Shown: one piece after another, positions 18,822-29,314 of the stretch
Numbering within the stretch: position 1 is the first letter of the stretch
Layout: the number at the start of each line of letters is the position of its first letter
Notes under the pieces: model-generated
The model's input: the letters and a program-made list of their open reading frames with translations, nothing else
What the model was told of the DNA's origin: nothing
Databases searched by the model: none
Assembly: GCA_934102335.1 (NCBI GenBank)
Contig: CAKOSP010000004.1
Location: forward strand, 65,474 to 129,473
DNA: 64,000 bases
Reading direction: 5' to 3'
DNA from: an uncultured Bacilli bacterium
GTDB lineage: Bacteria > Bacillota_I > Bacilli_A > RF39 > UBA660
Made by a program: the position numbers and the translations under genes

Positions 18822-18928
18822 TTAATCACCTATAAATAAATATGAGTAAAGTTATGTTATTTATGCAAAAAAAATATGAATTTAAAAAAACTATGATATA
18901 ATTATTTATAGTAGAAGGGGCAGATAGT

Positions 18929-20572
18929 ATGATAAAGGTTTCTTTTAATGGTGGCGAAAAACGAGAATATCGTGATGGTGTAACTTATTACGATATAAGT
19001 AAAGATTGTCATTTAAAATATCCGATTTTAGGTGTAAAAATAAATAATGAAGTTATTGCATTAAGCAAAGAAGCAAAGACTGAACAAATTTTAGAATTTT
19101 TTGATGTAACTGATATAAATGGATATATGATATATAAATCTGCAATTAAAATGATTTTTGAATTAGCTTTAAAAAGAGAATTTGTGGATTTGGGAATAAG
19201 TTATGATCATAGTGTTCCAAAAGGAATGCTTGGAACAGTTACGGGTTCTTATACACTAACGGAACAAGATATTGATAAGATTCGTTTGGCGATGGATCAA
19301 ATAATACATGATAACATTTTATTTAAGAAATTAAGTGTTAGAAAAAAAGATGCTATAAAATATTATGAAAAAATCGGTCAGTTTGAAAAATCTAGTAATG
19401 TTGGAGCTATATCAGATCAAACTATCACTATGTATCAATTAGATAATTTGCTTAATTATTATTACAATGATATGCCTTACTCAACGGGGGCAATAGATAA
19501 GTATGAATTTGAATATATTGGTAATAATAAAATCGTCTTCTTATGGCCAGATAGAAAAAGTGGTGGAAAGATTTCGGAATATGCTCCGTCTAATAATATC
19601 GTTAAAGCTTATGATGAAGGTAAAACTTGGCTTAGATCATTAAATATGTCATATATTTCTAATTTAAATAAAATTATTAGTAAATCAGGAATTAGAGATT
19701 TTATGAATTCCTCAGAAATCGTTTTTAATTTAAATGTTGCTAAAATTGCTCAATCTATAATAAGCATGCCAGAAAAAAAGTTTATTTTAATTGCGGGTCC
19801 TTCATCATCTGGTAAAACTACAACTTGTAAGAGGCTATCTGAATATTTAGCTGCTATGGGAATAAATCCGATAAAAATATCTACTGATGATTATTTTGTT
19901 GATAGAGAATTTACTCCTAAAGATGAATTTGGTAATTATGATTTTGAGTGTTTAGAAAATGTCGATGTTAAACTTCTTAACCAACATATAATTAGGTTAT
20001 TAAATCATGAAAAGGTTACTTTACCAAGATTTAATTTCATCACTGGGAAAAGGGAGCAATCTAATACAATAATTGAATTAAAAGAAAATAGTATTATTTT
20101 GATTGAAGGACTACATTGTTTAAATGATGCTTTGTTACCTGCTGTAAGTAAGAATTTAAAGTATAAAATATATCTTAGTCCATTTATCCCATTAAATATT
20201 GATAGACATAATTATATATCTACAATAGATTTAAGATTAATAAGGCGAATTGTTAGAGATAATAGGGATAGAGGATCAGATGTTTCTGCTACTATAAAAA
20301 GTTGGCAAGTAGTAAGAAATGGTGAAGAAAAATATATATTTCCGTTTATAGAACAAGCTGATGTTATTTTAAATACGGCATTAGCTTATGAGCTAGGAGT
20401 ATTAAAAGTATATGTTGAGCCACTTTTGCATTCAGTTGGAATAGAATCACCATATTATGAAGAGGCTAAGCGATTGTTGAATTTCTTAAAGCAATTTTTC
20501 CCAATTCCAGGGGACTATGTTAATTCAACATCAATTTTAAGAGAATTTATTGGAGGTCGTGCAAATGATTAA
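18929..20572 (+). CDS. Uridine/cytidine kinase-family P-loop protein with an N-terminal TGS-like (ThrRS-N) domain.
   Basis: It has a P-loop (IAGPSSSGKTTT) and a C-terminal Udk/PRK-like core (DLRLIRRIVRDNRDRG). Confidence 0.6.
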   Translation: MIKVSFNGGEKREYRDGVTYYDISKDCHLKYPILGVKINNEVIALSKEAKTEQILEFFDVTDINGYMIYKSAIKMIFELALKREFVDLGISYDHSVPKGMLGTVTGSYTLTEQDIDKIRLAMDQIIHDNILFKKLSVRKKDAIKYYEKIGQFEKSSNVGAISDQTITMYQLDNLLNYYYNDMPYSTGAIDKYEFEYIGNNKIVFLWPDRKSGGKISEYAPSNNIVKAYDEGKTWLRSLNMSYISNLNKIISKSGIRDFMNSSEIVFNLNVAKIAQSIISMPEKKFILIAGPSSSGKTTTCKRLSEYLAAMGINPIKISTDDYFVDREFTPKDEFGNYDFECLENVDVKLLNQHIIRLLNHEKVTLPRFNFITGKREQSNTIIELKENSIILIEGLHCLNDALLPAVSKNLKYKIYLSPFIPLNIDRHNYISTIDLRLIRRIVRDNRDRGSDVSATIKSWQVVRNGEEKYIFPFIEQADVILNTALAYELGVLKVYVEPLLHSVGIESPYYEEAKRLLNFLKQFFPIPGDYVNSTSILREFIGGRAND

Positions 20573-21569
20573 AGTTGCTATTAATGGTTTTGGTAGAATT
20601 GGAAGATTAGCGTTTAGAGAAATGCTTACAACACCTTATTTTGATGTTGTAGCTATAAATGATTTATCTAAGCCTGAGGATTTAGCTTATCTTGTTAAAT
20701 ATGATACAGCACATGGAACATTTCATGAAAATGAAATAAGTTTTGATGAAAATAATATTGTCGTAGGTGGAGTGAAAAAAATTAGAGTGTTTTCTGAAAA
20801 AGATCCTAGTGCTTTACCTTGGAAAGATTTGGATATAGATTTGGTATTGGAATGTACTGGTAAATTTACTGATAAAGCAGGCGCCCAAAAACATATAGAC
20901 GCAGGTGCAAAAAAGGTGCTTATTTCAGCACCTGGTAAAGATTTAATGCCCACTATTGTTTATAATGTGAATGAAAGTAGTTTAAAGCCTGAAGATAATA
21001 TTGTTTCTGCTGCTAGTTGCACAACAAATTGTTTAGCACCAGTTTTAGATATTTTAAATAAAAATATTGGTATAGAAAAAGGATATATGTCTACTGTTCA
21101 TGCTTTTACAAATGATCAAGCAACTCAAGATGTAGCTCATTCTAAAGGAATATATGCTAGGAGAGGTAGATCTTGTAATAATAATATTGTTCCTACTAGT
21201 ACTGGTGCTGCAAAAGCAATTGGACTTGTTATACCAGATTTATTAGGAAAAATGGATGGAATAGCTTTAAGGGTTCCTGTAATTGATGGTTCAATGATAG
21301 ATTTAACATTACAATTAAAAAGTAATACCAGTGTAGAACAAATAAATGAGTTGTTTAAAAATAATCAAAATGAAACAATTAAATTTACTATGGATCCTAT
21401 AGTTTCAAGTGATTGTATAAATAAAACTTGTGGTGCACTAGTTGATGGTTTACTAACTCAACTTTTAGATGTTAATGGGCAACAATTAGTTAAAGTTATT
21501 GCGTGGTATGATAATGAATCTGGATATACTGCTCAAATGTTAAGAACTGCTCGTTGTATGTTTAAATAG
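20565..21569 (+). CDS. gap: Glyceraldehyde-3-phosphate dehydrogenase.
   Basis: It has the NAD-binding motif (INGFGRIGR) and the active-site motif ASCTTNCLAP. Confidence 0.9.
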   Translation: MIKVAINGFGRIGRLAFREMLTTPYFDVVAINDLSKPEDLAYLVKYDTAHGTFHENEISFDENNIVVGGVKKIRVFSEKDPSALPWKDLDIDLVLECTGKFTDKAGAQKHIDAGAKKVLISAPGKDLMPTIVYNVNESSLKPEDNIVSAASCTTNCLAPVLDILNKNIGIEKGYMSTVHAFTNDQATQDVAHSKGIYARRGRSCNNNIVPTSTGAAKAIGLVIPDLLGKMDGIALRVPVIDGSMIDLTLQLKSNTSVEQINELFKNNQNETIKFTMDPIVSSDCINKTCGALVDGLLTQLLDVNGQQLVKVIAWYDNESGYTAQMLRTARCMFK

Positions 21570-21580
21570 TATGGTGCTAA

Positions 21581-22705
21581 ATGAAGACTTTAAAAGATTT
21601 AAGTTTAGATAATAAAACGGTTGTTTTAAGATGTGACTATAATGTTCCCGTTAAAAACGGAGTGATAACTGATGTTTCTAGGATAGAAAAAAGCTTAAAA
21701 ACTATAAGTTATTTACTTGAACATAATTGTAAAATTGTTATTTTAAGTCATTTTGGTAGAATAAAATCAGAAAAAGATAAAAAGGAAAATAGCTTAAGAA
21801 TTGTTGCTCAGGAATTGAGCGAACTTTTAAATAAAAAAATTATATTTGTTGATCAGTGTTTTGGCGAAAAAGTAAGAGAAATTGTAAAAAGTACCAATCT
21901 TAAAGATGTTATACTTTTAGAAAATACAAGATTTATGGATTATCCCGAAAAACTTGAAAGTTCTAATGATGCTAACTTAGCAAAGTTTTGGGCTAGCTTA
22001 GGTGATGTCTTTGTTTTAGATGCTTTTGGAACATGCCATAGAGAACATGCTTCTGTTGCAGGAATTGCTAATTATTTGCCGAGTGGTATAGGTTATTTAG
22101 TAGAAGAAGAATTAAAAAATTTAGATTGTTTGGTTAATGTTAAAGAAAGACCATTTACTATATTTATGGGGGGAGCAAAAGTAGAAGATAAATTACCTAT
22201 AATTAAGTCTTTATTACCAAAATGTGATTATCTTTTATTAGGTGGAGGAATAGCAAATTCTTTTTTAAAAGCTAATGGAGTTGATGTAAAAAAAAGCTTG
22301 GCTACAACTGATATTGACTTGTTAAATGATATTAAGTATCTTATATCTAATTATTCAGACAAAATTTGTTTACCTGTAGATTTTGTTTATAATGATGAAG
22401 CAATAATGGATGTTGGTGTAAAAACCATACACAATTTTTCAAGAATATTTAGTAATAGTAAACTCATTTTTGTTAATGGAACACCTGGTAAGTTTGAAGA
22501 AGAAAGATTTTTTAAGGGCACCTTTGAACTTATCAAAACTTTGTCTAACATTAATACTAAAATTGTTTTAGGTGGCGGTGATACAATTAATGCGGTAAAA
22601 AAATGTGGATTGTCTGGACATTTTACATTTGAATCAAGTGGTGGCGGAGCAACTTTGGAATATATAGCTAGTGGTAAATTGAAAGCTTTAAAGTATTTTA
22701 AATAA
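21581..22705 (+). CDS. pgk: Phosphoglycerate kinase.
   Basis: It has the typical PGK N- and C-domains (LRCDYNVP, GGGDT, GGGA). Confidence 0.9.
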   Translation: MKTLKDLSLDNKTVVLRCDYNVPVKNGVITDVSRIEKSLKTISYLLEHNCKIVILSHFGRIKSEKDKKENSLRIVAQELSELLNKKIIFVDQCFGEKVREIVKSTNLKDVILLENTRFMDYPEKLESSNDANLAKFWASLGDVFVLDAFGTCHREHASVAGIANYLPSGIGYLVEEELKNLDCLVNVKERPFTIFMGGAKVEDKLPIIKSLLPKCDYLLLGGGIANSFLKANGVDVKKSLATTDIDLLNDIKYLISNYSDKICLPVDFVYNDEAIMDVGVKTIHNFSRIFSNSKLIFVNGTPGKFEEERFFKGTFELIKTLSNINTKIVLGGGDTINAVKKCGLSGHFTFESSGGGATLEYIASGKLKALKYFK

Positions 22706-22780
22706 TATTTTAAAGCTTTTTGATTGACATTTTTAAAAAAAAGATTATTATATATAATACTTAAAAAGAGGAGATATTAT

Positions 22781-23200
22781 ATGATAGTTATTAAAAAACA
22801 CGACGATGAAATTGAAAATGAAGTTGTTGATGGTACAATTAAAAGATATTCTAGCCTTGAAGTTAAAGAAAAACATCTTTGCGGTGAACCATGCGACGGA
22901 CTTGATGGATGTAAATGTCCAAAAATAAGTAACGAAGAAAACACAGAAATATCTGAATATGATTTTATACAGGAAGGTTATCAAGTCTTTAAAGACGATG
23001 GTTCATTGGTTAAATTTGTTGTTTCAAAATGTAAAAATTTTAAACCTTATACAAGAAAGTCAGAATTAATAAATCAAAGATATTTATTAGAATCACTTAA
23101 AATACTTTATTTTGATGCAGAAAATTTAGAAGAAGCTGATAAAATTCAGCAAGAAACTGAAAGACAATTAGAACGTATTAGGAATATAAAACATCAATAA
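22781..23200 (+). CDS. Hypothetical 139-aa protein with a Cys cluster (CGEPCDGLDGCKCP) and a coiled-coil C-terminus.
   Basis: The ORF has an AAGAGGAGA RBS and occupies the slot between pgk and spo0A. I recognise no family. Confidence 0.4.
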   Translation: MIVIKKHDDEIENEVVDGTIKRYSSLEVKEKHLCGEPCDGLDGCKCPKISNEENTEISEYDFIQEGYQVFKDDGSLVKFVVSKCKNFKPYTRKSELINQRYLLESLKILYFDAENLEEADKIQQETERQLERIRNIKHQ

Positions 23201-23206
23201 TTGATG

Positions 23207-23230
23207 ACGACATAAGTATGTCGTTTTTTT
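23207..23230 (+). terminator. Intrinsic terminator (ACGACAT-AAGT-ATGTCGT, then T7).
   Basis: Hairpin plus U-tract after the Cys-rich ORF. Confidence 0.7.
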
Positions 23231-23278
23231 ATTCGACAAAATATTTTGTAAATTGACAATTATAGACAAATGTTTTTA

Positions 23279-23307
23279 TTGGTTTTTGTCGGTATTTATT
23301 CTATAAT
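23279..23307 (+). promoter_or_regulatory. Candidate sigma-A-type promoter for spo0A (TTGGTT-17-TATAAT).
   Basis: Hexamers with correct spacing lie about 35 bp upstream of the spo0A start. Confidence 0.3.
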
Positions 23308-23341
23308 TGGTTCATGGGCAGTAAGAAAGGACATAAAAATT

Positions 23342-24103
23342 GTGGAAAAAAGTATTAGACTAGTTGTAGTTGATAGTAATGAGGAAGTTACAAGTAGTAT
23401 AAAGAAGTACTTTAGTGAAAACGCAGTAATTGATGTTGTATCTTGCATTAATAATGGGATTGATGCTTTAAATTATTTAATCAATCATGAATCTGATTAC
23501 GATACGGTTGTAATGGATATAATGTTACCTGAAATGGATGGAATAACATTACTTGAAAATATTAAGAATCGTAAATTAAATAAGAAAATAATTGTTTTAT
23601 CAACTTATAAAGAAGATTATACAATAAAAAAATTAATAAGCTTAGGCGTAAATTATTATATGTTGAAGCCTTTTAGTTTAGATTCTTTAGAAGGCCGAAT
23701 ATTGGATTTAAGTAAATCTTATGATATTGAAACCAATGCTTCTGGTGATGCTTTGGTTAAAGTTAGTGAAATATTACATAATTTAGGAATTCCTTCACAT
23801 ATAAGGGGATACCAATATATAAGAGATGGTATTCTTATGATTTACAATAATGATAAATATGTTAATTTTATAACTAAAGAAATATATCCGGAATTAGCTT
23901 TAAAATATGATACAACTCCCTCAAGAGTTGAAAGAGCAATAAGACACGCAATAGAAATTAGCTGGGAACGTGGAGATATGGAACTTATGGAAGACTTGTT
24001 TGGACACAGTGTAGCATTTGAAAGAAGCAAGCCTACTAATGCAGAATATTTAAATACGATAGCTGATAGAATGCGTTTAAATAATAAATTAATAGTTTCA
24101 TAA
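23342..24103 (+). CDS. spo0A: Sporulation master regulator Spo0A (response regulator), with a probable GTG start.
   Basis: It has a receiver domain with a phospho-acceptor Asp (VVMDIMLPEMDG) and a C-terminal Spo0A effector domain that matches the signature (GIPSHIRGYQYIRDGI...TPSRVERAIRHAIEISWERG). Confidence 0.85.
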   Translation: MEKSIRLVVVDSNEEVTSSIKKYFSENAVIDVVSCINNGIDALNYLINHESDYDTVVMDIMLPEMDGITLLENIKNRKLNKKIIVLSTYKEDYTIKKLISLGVNYYMLKPFSLDSLEGRILDLSKSYDIETNASGDALVKVSEILHNLGIPSHIRGYQYIRDGILMIYNNDKYVNFITKEIYPELALKYDTTPSRVERAIRHAIEISWERGDMELMEDLFGHSVAFERSKPTNAEYLNTIADRMRLNNKLIVS

Positions 24104-24157
24104 TTTGTCAAATAATATTTCCTGTGTTATTATATCCATGCAAGGAAGTGAATACGT

Positions 24158-25654
24158 GTGAAAAAAATTTTAACATTGATGTTAGAAGGATTTGGTATTC
24201 GTGAAGACGAGTTTGGTAATGCTATTAAACAAGCAAATATGCCAAATTTTAAAAATTTATGGGAAAAGTATCCGCATAGTTTATTAAAGGCATCTGAAGA
24301 AAGTTTGGGATTATTAGAAAATCAATCTGGTAATTGTGAACTTGGACATTTAACTGTGGGTGCTGGAAGAAAAATAAAAAATTCTTCTATTTTAGCGAAT
24401 GACTTTTTTGAAAGCTTATATGAGAATAATGACGTTTTTATGAATTTTTTAGCTAATAAAGATGCTAGAGTTCATTTACTTTTTTTGGCAAGTGACGGCA
24501 AGGTTAATTCATCAATGAATGATGTTAAAAATGTTTATAACTTGTTGATAAAAAATGGCTTTAGTAACATTTATTTTCATTTAATAACCGATGGTGTTGA
24601 TTCACAAAATTTTACGTGTGAAAGCTATATTAAAGAAATTGAAGAATTAATTTCTAAAAATAAAGTTGGTGTAATTAGCACCATTGCGGGTAGGGATTAT
24701 GCTTTAGACTCATTGTCTGATTATAATAAAACTAAAATTTATTATGATTTAGTTACATTTGGAAGAGGTATAAGCGTTATAAATATTCATAAAGGGATAA
24801 GTAGCTGTTATAGTAAAGGAGCTAATGATTACGATTTAAAACCGATGATAATCAATTATGATGGCTTAATAAAAGATGGTGATACCATATTGTGGATGAA
24901 TTATAATGCTGAAAATTCTAAACAAATGTTAGCAGCTTTAGCTAATCCAAGTTTTGATGAATTTCCTACTAAGGATTATGAGTCATTATATGTTTATTCA
25001 ATATTTTCTCAAGATAAAAAATTAAAAATTAATGGTTTTATAGAACGTGATTTGGTTAATCAACCATTGGGACTATACTTATCTGAGTTGGAATTATCCC
25101 AAGCTAGAATAGCTTCCTCTAATCGTATATTACATGTTACTAATTTCTTTGATGGGTATTATAAAGGCAGGATTTTAAACTGTGATAAGTTTGAAATTAA
25201 GCCGAATTCAGAATTACCTTTTAATAAGAGCTTAGAAACGTCTACTTTAGATATTTCTAAAAGAATTATTAAATGCATGGAAAAGGATTATGATTTTATA
25301 TTAGCGAATTATTCTTGTGTTGATGAATGTGCTCATGCGAATAATTTTGAAAATACTATTCAAATGTTAGAATTTTTAGATAAATGTTTAGGGATAATAA
25401 TAAAAGCTGCTGAAGATAATTTTTATAAAGTAATTATATTGTCTGATCATGGAAATGCAGATTCTATGTTAGATGAGCTTGGTGAGGCCAATAATTATAA
25501 TACAACTGCTGAGGTTCCGTTCATTATTACTGATAGCCATATATGTTTAGAGAAAAAAGGAGATCTTACAATGGTGGCTCCAACTATATTAAATTATATG
25601 GATATTGCTATACCTAAAGATATGCAAGAAACTCCAATTTTGATTAAAGAATAA
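24158..25654 (+). CDS. gpmI: 2,3-bisphosphoglycerate-independent phosphoglycerate mutase-like protein (divergent), with a GTG start.
   Basis: It is collinear with iPGM. Its N-terminus LEGFGIRE aligns with LDGFGLRE, GNCELGH aligns with GNSEVGH, and the C-terminal DECAHAN and SDHGNAD motifs are present. It lies in the gap–pgk neighbourhood. Confidence 0.65.
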   Translation: MKKILTLMLEGFGIREDEFGNAIKQANMPNFKNLWEKYPHSLLKASEESLGLLENQSGNCELGHLTVGAGRKIKNSSILANDFFESLYENNDVFMNFLANKDARVHLLFLASDGKVNSSMNDVKNVYNLLIKNGFSNIYFHLITDGVDSQNFTCESYIKEIEELISKNKVGVISTIAGRDYALDSLSDYNKTKIYYDLVTFGRGISVINIHKGISSCYSKGANDYDLKPMIINYDGLIKDGDTILWMNYNAENSKQMLAALANPSFDEFPTKDYESLYVYSIFSQDKKLKINGFIERDLVNQPLGLYLSELELSQARIASSNRILHVTNFFDGYYKGRILNCDKFEIKPNSELPFNKSLETSTLDISKRIIKCMEKDYDFILANYSCVDECAHANNFENTIQMLEFLDKCLGIIIKAAEDNFYKVIILSDHGNADSMLDELGEANNYNTTAEVPFIITDSHICLEKKGDLTMVAPTILNYMDIAIPKDMQETPILIKE

Positions 25655-25678
25655 AAATGCGAAAAAATCGCATTTTTA
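25654..25678 (+). terminator. Intrinsic terminator (ATGCGA-AAAAA-TCGCAT, then T5).
   Basis: Hairpin plus U-tract. Confidence 0.7.
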
Positions 25679-25842
25679 TGTTGCATTTTTAGGATTTGTT
25701 TGCTAAAATTGATTATGTATGACTGGCGTGGATGTGCAAGGTTGCCGATACACTAGGTAAAGTTGTTAAAAACATTTCGTGAATCGGGTAATTTGAACGG
25801 ATGCAAGTCTATACTAGATATAGGCGAAAGGAGGACATATTT

Positions 25843-26151
25843 ATGTCAAATAATAAGGTTCGTATTAATTTGAAGGCTTATGATCATCGTTTATTAGATG
25901 TAGCGGCTGGAAAAATAATCGAAACTGTTAAAAGAACGGGTGGAGAAGTATCTGGACCAGTTCCTCTTCCAACAGAGATTGAAAAGGTTACTGTTTTAAG
26001 AGCTGTTCACAAATACAAGGATTCAAGAGAGCAATTCGAAAGAAGAACTCATAAAAGATTAATTGATATTAAAAACCCTAGTAAAGAAACAGTAGATGCA
26101 CTATCTCATTTGGATTTACCAAGTGGTGTAGACATCAATATTAAATTATAG
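25843..26151 (+). CDS. rpsJ: 30S ribosomal protein S10.
   Basis: It starts [15 protein letters not shown] with a GGAGG RBS. The ORF-track start at 25801 is an upstream extension. Confidence 0.95.
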   Translation: MSNNKVRINLKAYDHRLLDVAAGKIIETVKRTGGEVSGPVPLPTEIEKVTVLRAVHKYKDSREQFERRTHKRLIDIKNPSKETVDALSHLDLPSGVDINIKL

Positions 26152-26173
26152 AAAATAGAAAAGGAAGGATAAC

Positions 26174-26911
26174 ATGAAAGGAATCTTAGGACGCAAAGTT
26201 GGAATGACTCAAGTTTTTACTAAAGATGGTAAGTTAATTCCTGTTACAGTTATTAATGTTGAACCTAATACTGTAATGCAAGTAAAAACAGTGGAAAAAG
26301 ATGGCTATAATGCAATTCAACTTGGCGTATTTGAAAAGAAAGAAAAAAATTCAACTAGAGCTGAAATTGGCAATGCAAAAAAAGCAAACACTACTCCTAA
26401 GCGCTTCTTAAAAGAGATCAGAGATGTCGAAGGAAGTTACAATTTAGGTGATCAAATTAGTGGTGATATATTTGCTATAGGAGATGTAGTAGACGTAACT
26501 GGTACTACTAAGGGACATGGTTTCCAAGGAGTAATTAAAAGACATGGACAATCTCGTGGACCTATGGGACATGGTTCTCACTATCATAGAAGACCTGGTT
26601 CAATGGGTACTATGTTAGCAAAAAGAGTAACAAAAGGTAAAAACTTACCTGGACATATGGGTGTTGAAACTGTTACTATTCAAAATCTTGAAATTATTGA
26701 TATTAATTTAGAAGATAATTATGTATTAGTAAGTGGAAATGTTCCTGGCGCAAAAAATTCTTTAGTTTTAGTTAAATCAGCAGTTAAAAACAGCAGAAAA
26801 GTTGAACCAAAAGAATTATTGGTTTATGAAACTGTAGTTGATTCTGTGGAAGAACAACCTGTTGAAACAACTGAAATAAAAAATGAATCTGAAAGTGAAG
26901 TTAGTGAATAA
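26174..26911 (+). CDS. rplC: 50S ribosomal protein L3 (with an acidic C-terminal extension).
   Basis: Its N-terminus [14 protein letters not shown] is the L3 signature. Confidence 0.95.
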   Translation: MKGILGRKVGMTQVFTKDGKLIPVTVINVEPNTVMQVKTVEKDGYNAIQLGVFEKKEKNSTRAEIGNAKKANTTPKRFLKEIRDVEGSYNLGDQISGDIFAIGDVVDVTGTTKGHGFQGVIKRHGQSRGPMGHGSHYHRRPGSMGTMLAKRVTKGKNLPGHMGVETVTIQNLEIIDINLEDNYVLVSGNVPGAKNSLVLVKSAVKNSRKVEPKELLVYETVVDSVEEQPVETTEIKNESESEVSE

Positions 26912-26936
26912 TCACATACTTTAGAAAGGATTAAAT

Positions 26937-27563
26937 ATGACAAAGATAAGTGTTAAAAATATTAACGGCGAAAAAGTAAAAGATTTAACTTTAAAAGATG
27001 CTGTATGGAATATTGAAGTAAATGAAGATGCGCTAAAGAAAATGATTCGTTTACAACAAGCATCTGTTCGTCAAGGAACTAAAGGAACTAAAACAAGAGG
27101 AACTGTTTCAGGTGGTGGAAGAAAACCATGGAAACAAAAAGGTACAGGTAGAGCAAGACAAGGTTCTATTCGTGCTGCACAATGGAGAGGCGGAGCTGTT
27201 GTATTCGGCGGTATCCAAAATAGAGATTATTCTTTTAAGATTAATAAAAAAGAAAGAGATTTGGCTTTAAGAAGTGCATTAACTAGTAAAGCTAAAAATA
27301 AAGAATTAGTAGTTATTGATAATATTAGCTTTGATTCAATGAAAACAAAAGATTTTACTGCGCTTTTAAATACATTGAAACTTACTGGTAAAGTTATGTT
27401 TATAACTAGCGAAGATAACGAAAAATTATATATGGCTGGTAGAAATTTACAAAATTTTGCTTACATTTTAGCAGACGAAATAAATTGTTATGATTTATTA
27501 AATGCTGATGTAATAGTTTGTGATGAAGCAGCTGTAAAACAAATTGAGGAGGTGCTTAAATAA
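26937..27563 (+). CDS. rplD: 50S ribosomal protein L4.
   Basis: It matches the L4 family and the operon order. Confidence 0.95.
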   Translation: MTKISVKNINGEKVKDLTLKDAVWNIEVNEDALKKMIRLQQASVRQGTKGTKTRGTVSGGGRKPWKQKGTGRARQGSIRAAQWRGGAVVFGGIQNRDYSFKINKKERDLALRSALTSKAKNKELVVIDNISFDSMKTKDFTALLNTLKLTGKVMFITSEDNEKLYMAGRNLQNFAYILADEINCYDLLNADVIVCDEAAVKQIEEVLK

Positions 27564-27838
27564 TGAAACATTATTCAGATATTATAAAAGCATCAGTTAT
27601 TACAGAAAAATCAATGGGCGCTAGAAGCGAAAATGTTTATACATTCAAATGTGATAAAAGAGCTACTAAGCCTCAAATAAAAAAAGCTGTAGAAGAAGCT
27701 TTCGGTGTTAAAGTAAAAAATGTTAATACAATTAATACTAAAGCTAAAGCTAAAAGAGTTGGCAGATATGCTGGTAAAACAAAAACTTATAAAAAAGCAA
27801 TTGTTACATTAGCAGATGGTCAATCTATAGATATGTAA
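27563..27838 (+). CDS. rplW: 50S ribosomal protein L23.
   Basis: It matches the L23 family and the operon order. Confidence 0.9.
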   Translation: MKHYSDIIKASVITEKSMGARSENVYTFKCDKRATKPQIKKAVEEAFGVKVKNVNTINTKAKAKRVGRYAGKTKTYKKAIVTLADGQSIDM

Positions 27839-27852
27839 GGAGGAAATAAAGT

Positions 27853-28683
27853 ATGGCAATAAAACATTACAAACCTACGACTAATGGTCGTAGAGGAATG
27901 ACTACTTTAGTTAATGAAGAAATAACTACTAGTACTCCTGAAAAAACTTTAATTAAAACAATTGGTAGAACTGGTGGAAGAAATAACCAAGGAAAAATGA
28001 CAGTACGTCACATTGGTGGTGGAGCTAGAAAGAAATATCGTGTAATTGATTTCAAAAGAAATAAAATTGGTATTACTGGACGTGTAGCTTCAATTGAATA
28101 TGATCCAAACAGAAATGCTAATATTGCTTTAATAGTATATAAGGATGGAGAAAAAAGATATATTGTAGCACCAAGTGGTTTAAAAGTAGATATGATTATT
28201 GAAAATGGACCTCAAGCTGATATAAAAGTTGGTAACTCTTTACCACTTGAAAATATCCCAGTTGGTACTATGATACATGCTATTGAACTTCAACCTGGAA
28301 AAGGTGCTGAACTTTGTAGAAGTGCTGGAGCTTCAGCTCAAATTCTTGGTAGAGAAGATAAATATGTAATTGTTCGTTTACAATCAGGCGAAACAAGAAA
28401 AATTTTAGGTTCTTGTAAAGCAACTATTGGTGTAGTTGGCAATGAAGATTATAACCTAGTTAATCTTGGAAAAGCTGGTCGTAAAATTCATATGGGAATT
28501 CGTCCAACAAACCGTGGTTCTGTTATGAACCCTAATGATCACCCTCATGGTGGTGGTGAAGGACGTGCTCCAGTAGGACGCAAGAGCCCAATGACTCCTT
28601 GGGGTAAACCTGCTCTTGGTCATAAAACTCGTAAATCTAAGAAAGCTTCTGAAAAACTTATTATGAGTAGGAAGAAGAAATAG
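27853..28683 (+). CDS. rplB: 50S ribosomal protein L2.
   Basis: It has the L2 signature motifs. Confidence 0.95.
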   Translation: MAIKHYKPTTNGRRGMTTLVNEEITTSTPEKTLIKTIGRTGGRNNQGKMTVRHIGGGARKKYRVIDFKRNKIGITGRVASIEYDPNRNANIALIVYKDGEKRYIVAPSGLKVDMIIENGPQADIKVGNSLPLENIPVGTMIHAIELQPGKGAELCRSAGASAQILGREDKYVIVRLQSGETRKILGSCKATIGVVGNEDYNLVNLGKAGRKIHMGIRPTNRGSVMNPNDHPHGGGEGRAPVGRKSPMTPWGKPALGHKTRKSKKASEKLIMSRKKK

Positions 28684-28691
28684 GAGGAAAC

Positions 28692-28958
28692 ATGGCAAGA
28701 AGTTTAAAAAAAGGACCTTTCGTTGATGAATCATTAATGAAAAAGGTTCAAGAAATGAATAAATCAAGTAAAAAAACTGTTATTAAGACATGGTCTAGAA
28801 GATCTACTATTTATCCTGAGTTTGTAGGACATACATTTGCAGTACACAATGGTAAAGAATTTATTCCTGTTTATGTAACAGAAGAAATGGTTGGACACAA
28901 ATTAGGTGAGTTCTCAATGACTCGTAAATTTGGTGGCCATGCTGGAAGCGGTAAGTAG
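28692..28958 (+). CDS. rpsS: 30S ribosomal protein S19.
   Basis: [11 protein letters not shown] is the S19 signature. Confidence 0.95.
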   Translation: MARSLKKGPFVDESLMKKVQEMNKSSKKTVIKTWSRRSTIYPEFVGHTFAVHNGKEFIPVYVTEEMVGHKLGEFSMTRKFGGHAGSGK

Positions 28959-28966
28959 GAGGCATT

Positions 28967-29314
28967 ATGGAAACTTATGCAATACATAAAAATGCTATGA
29001 TCAAACCTAGACTTGCAAGAATGATAATGGATTTAATTAGAGGAAAAGATGTTGAAACTGCAAGAGGTATTTTAGAAACTACAAATACTAAAGCAAGTAA
29101 ACTTATTATTAAGGTTTTAAATTCTGCTGTAGCTAATGCTGTTAATAATAACGGAGCAAATGAAGCTGATTTAAAAATTAAAGAATGTTATGTTAATCCT
29201 GGTCGTGTTCTTAAAAGAATACAATTTGCATCTAGAGGTAATGTTGATAGACATGATAAAAGAACATCACACATTTTTGTTAGTGTAACTGATGGGAAAG
29301 GAGTAGAAGAATAA
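28967..29314 (+). CDS. rplV: 50S ribosomal protein L22.
   Basis: It matches the L22 family and the operon order. Confidence 0.95.
   Translation: METYAIHKNAMIKPRLARMIMDLIRGKDVETARGILETTNTKASKLIIKVLNSAVANAVNNNGANEADLKIKECYVNPGRVLKRIQFASRGNVDRHDKRTSHIFVSVTDGKGVEE

Noticed and set aside
23254-23259. A perfect TTGACA hexamer at 23254-23259 as the spo0A -35 element.
   Set aside because: No acceptable -10 lies 16-18 bp downstream. The TTGGTT-17-TATAAT pair at 23279-23307 fits better, although it is still tentative.
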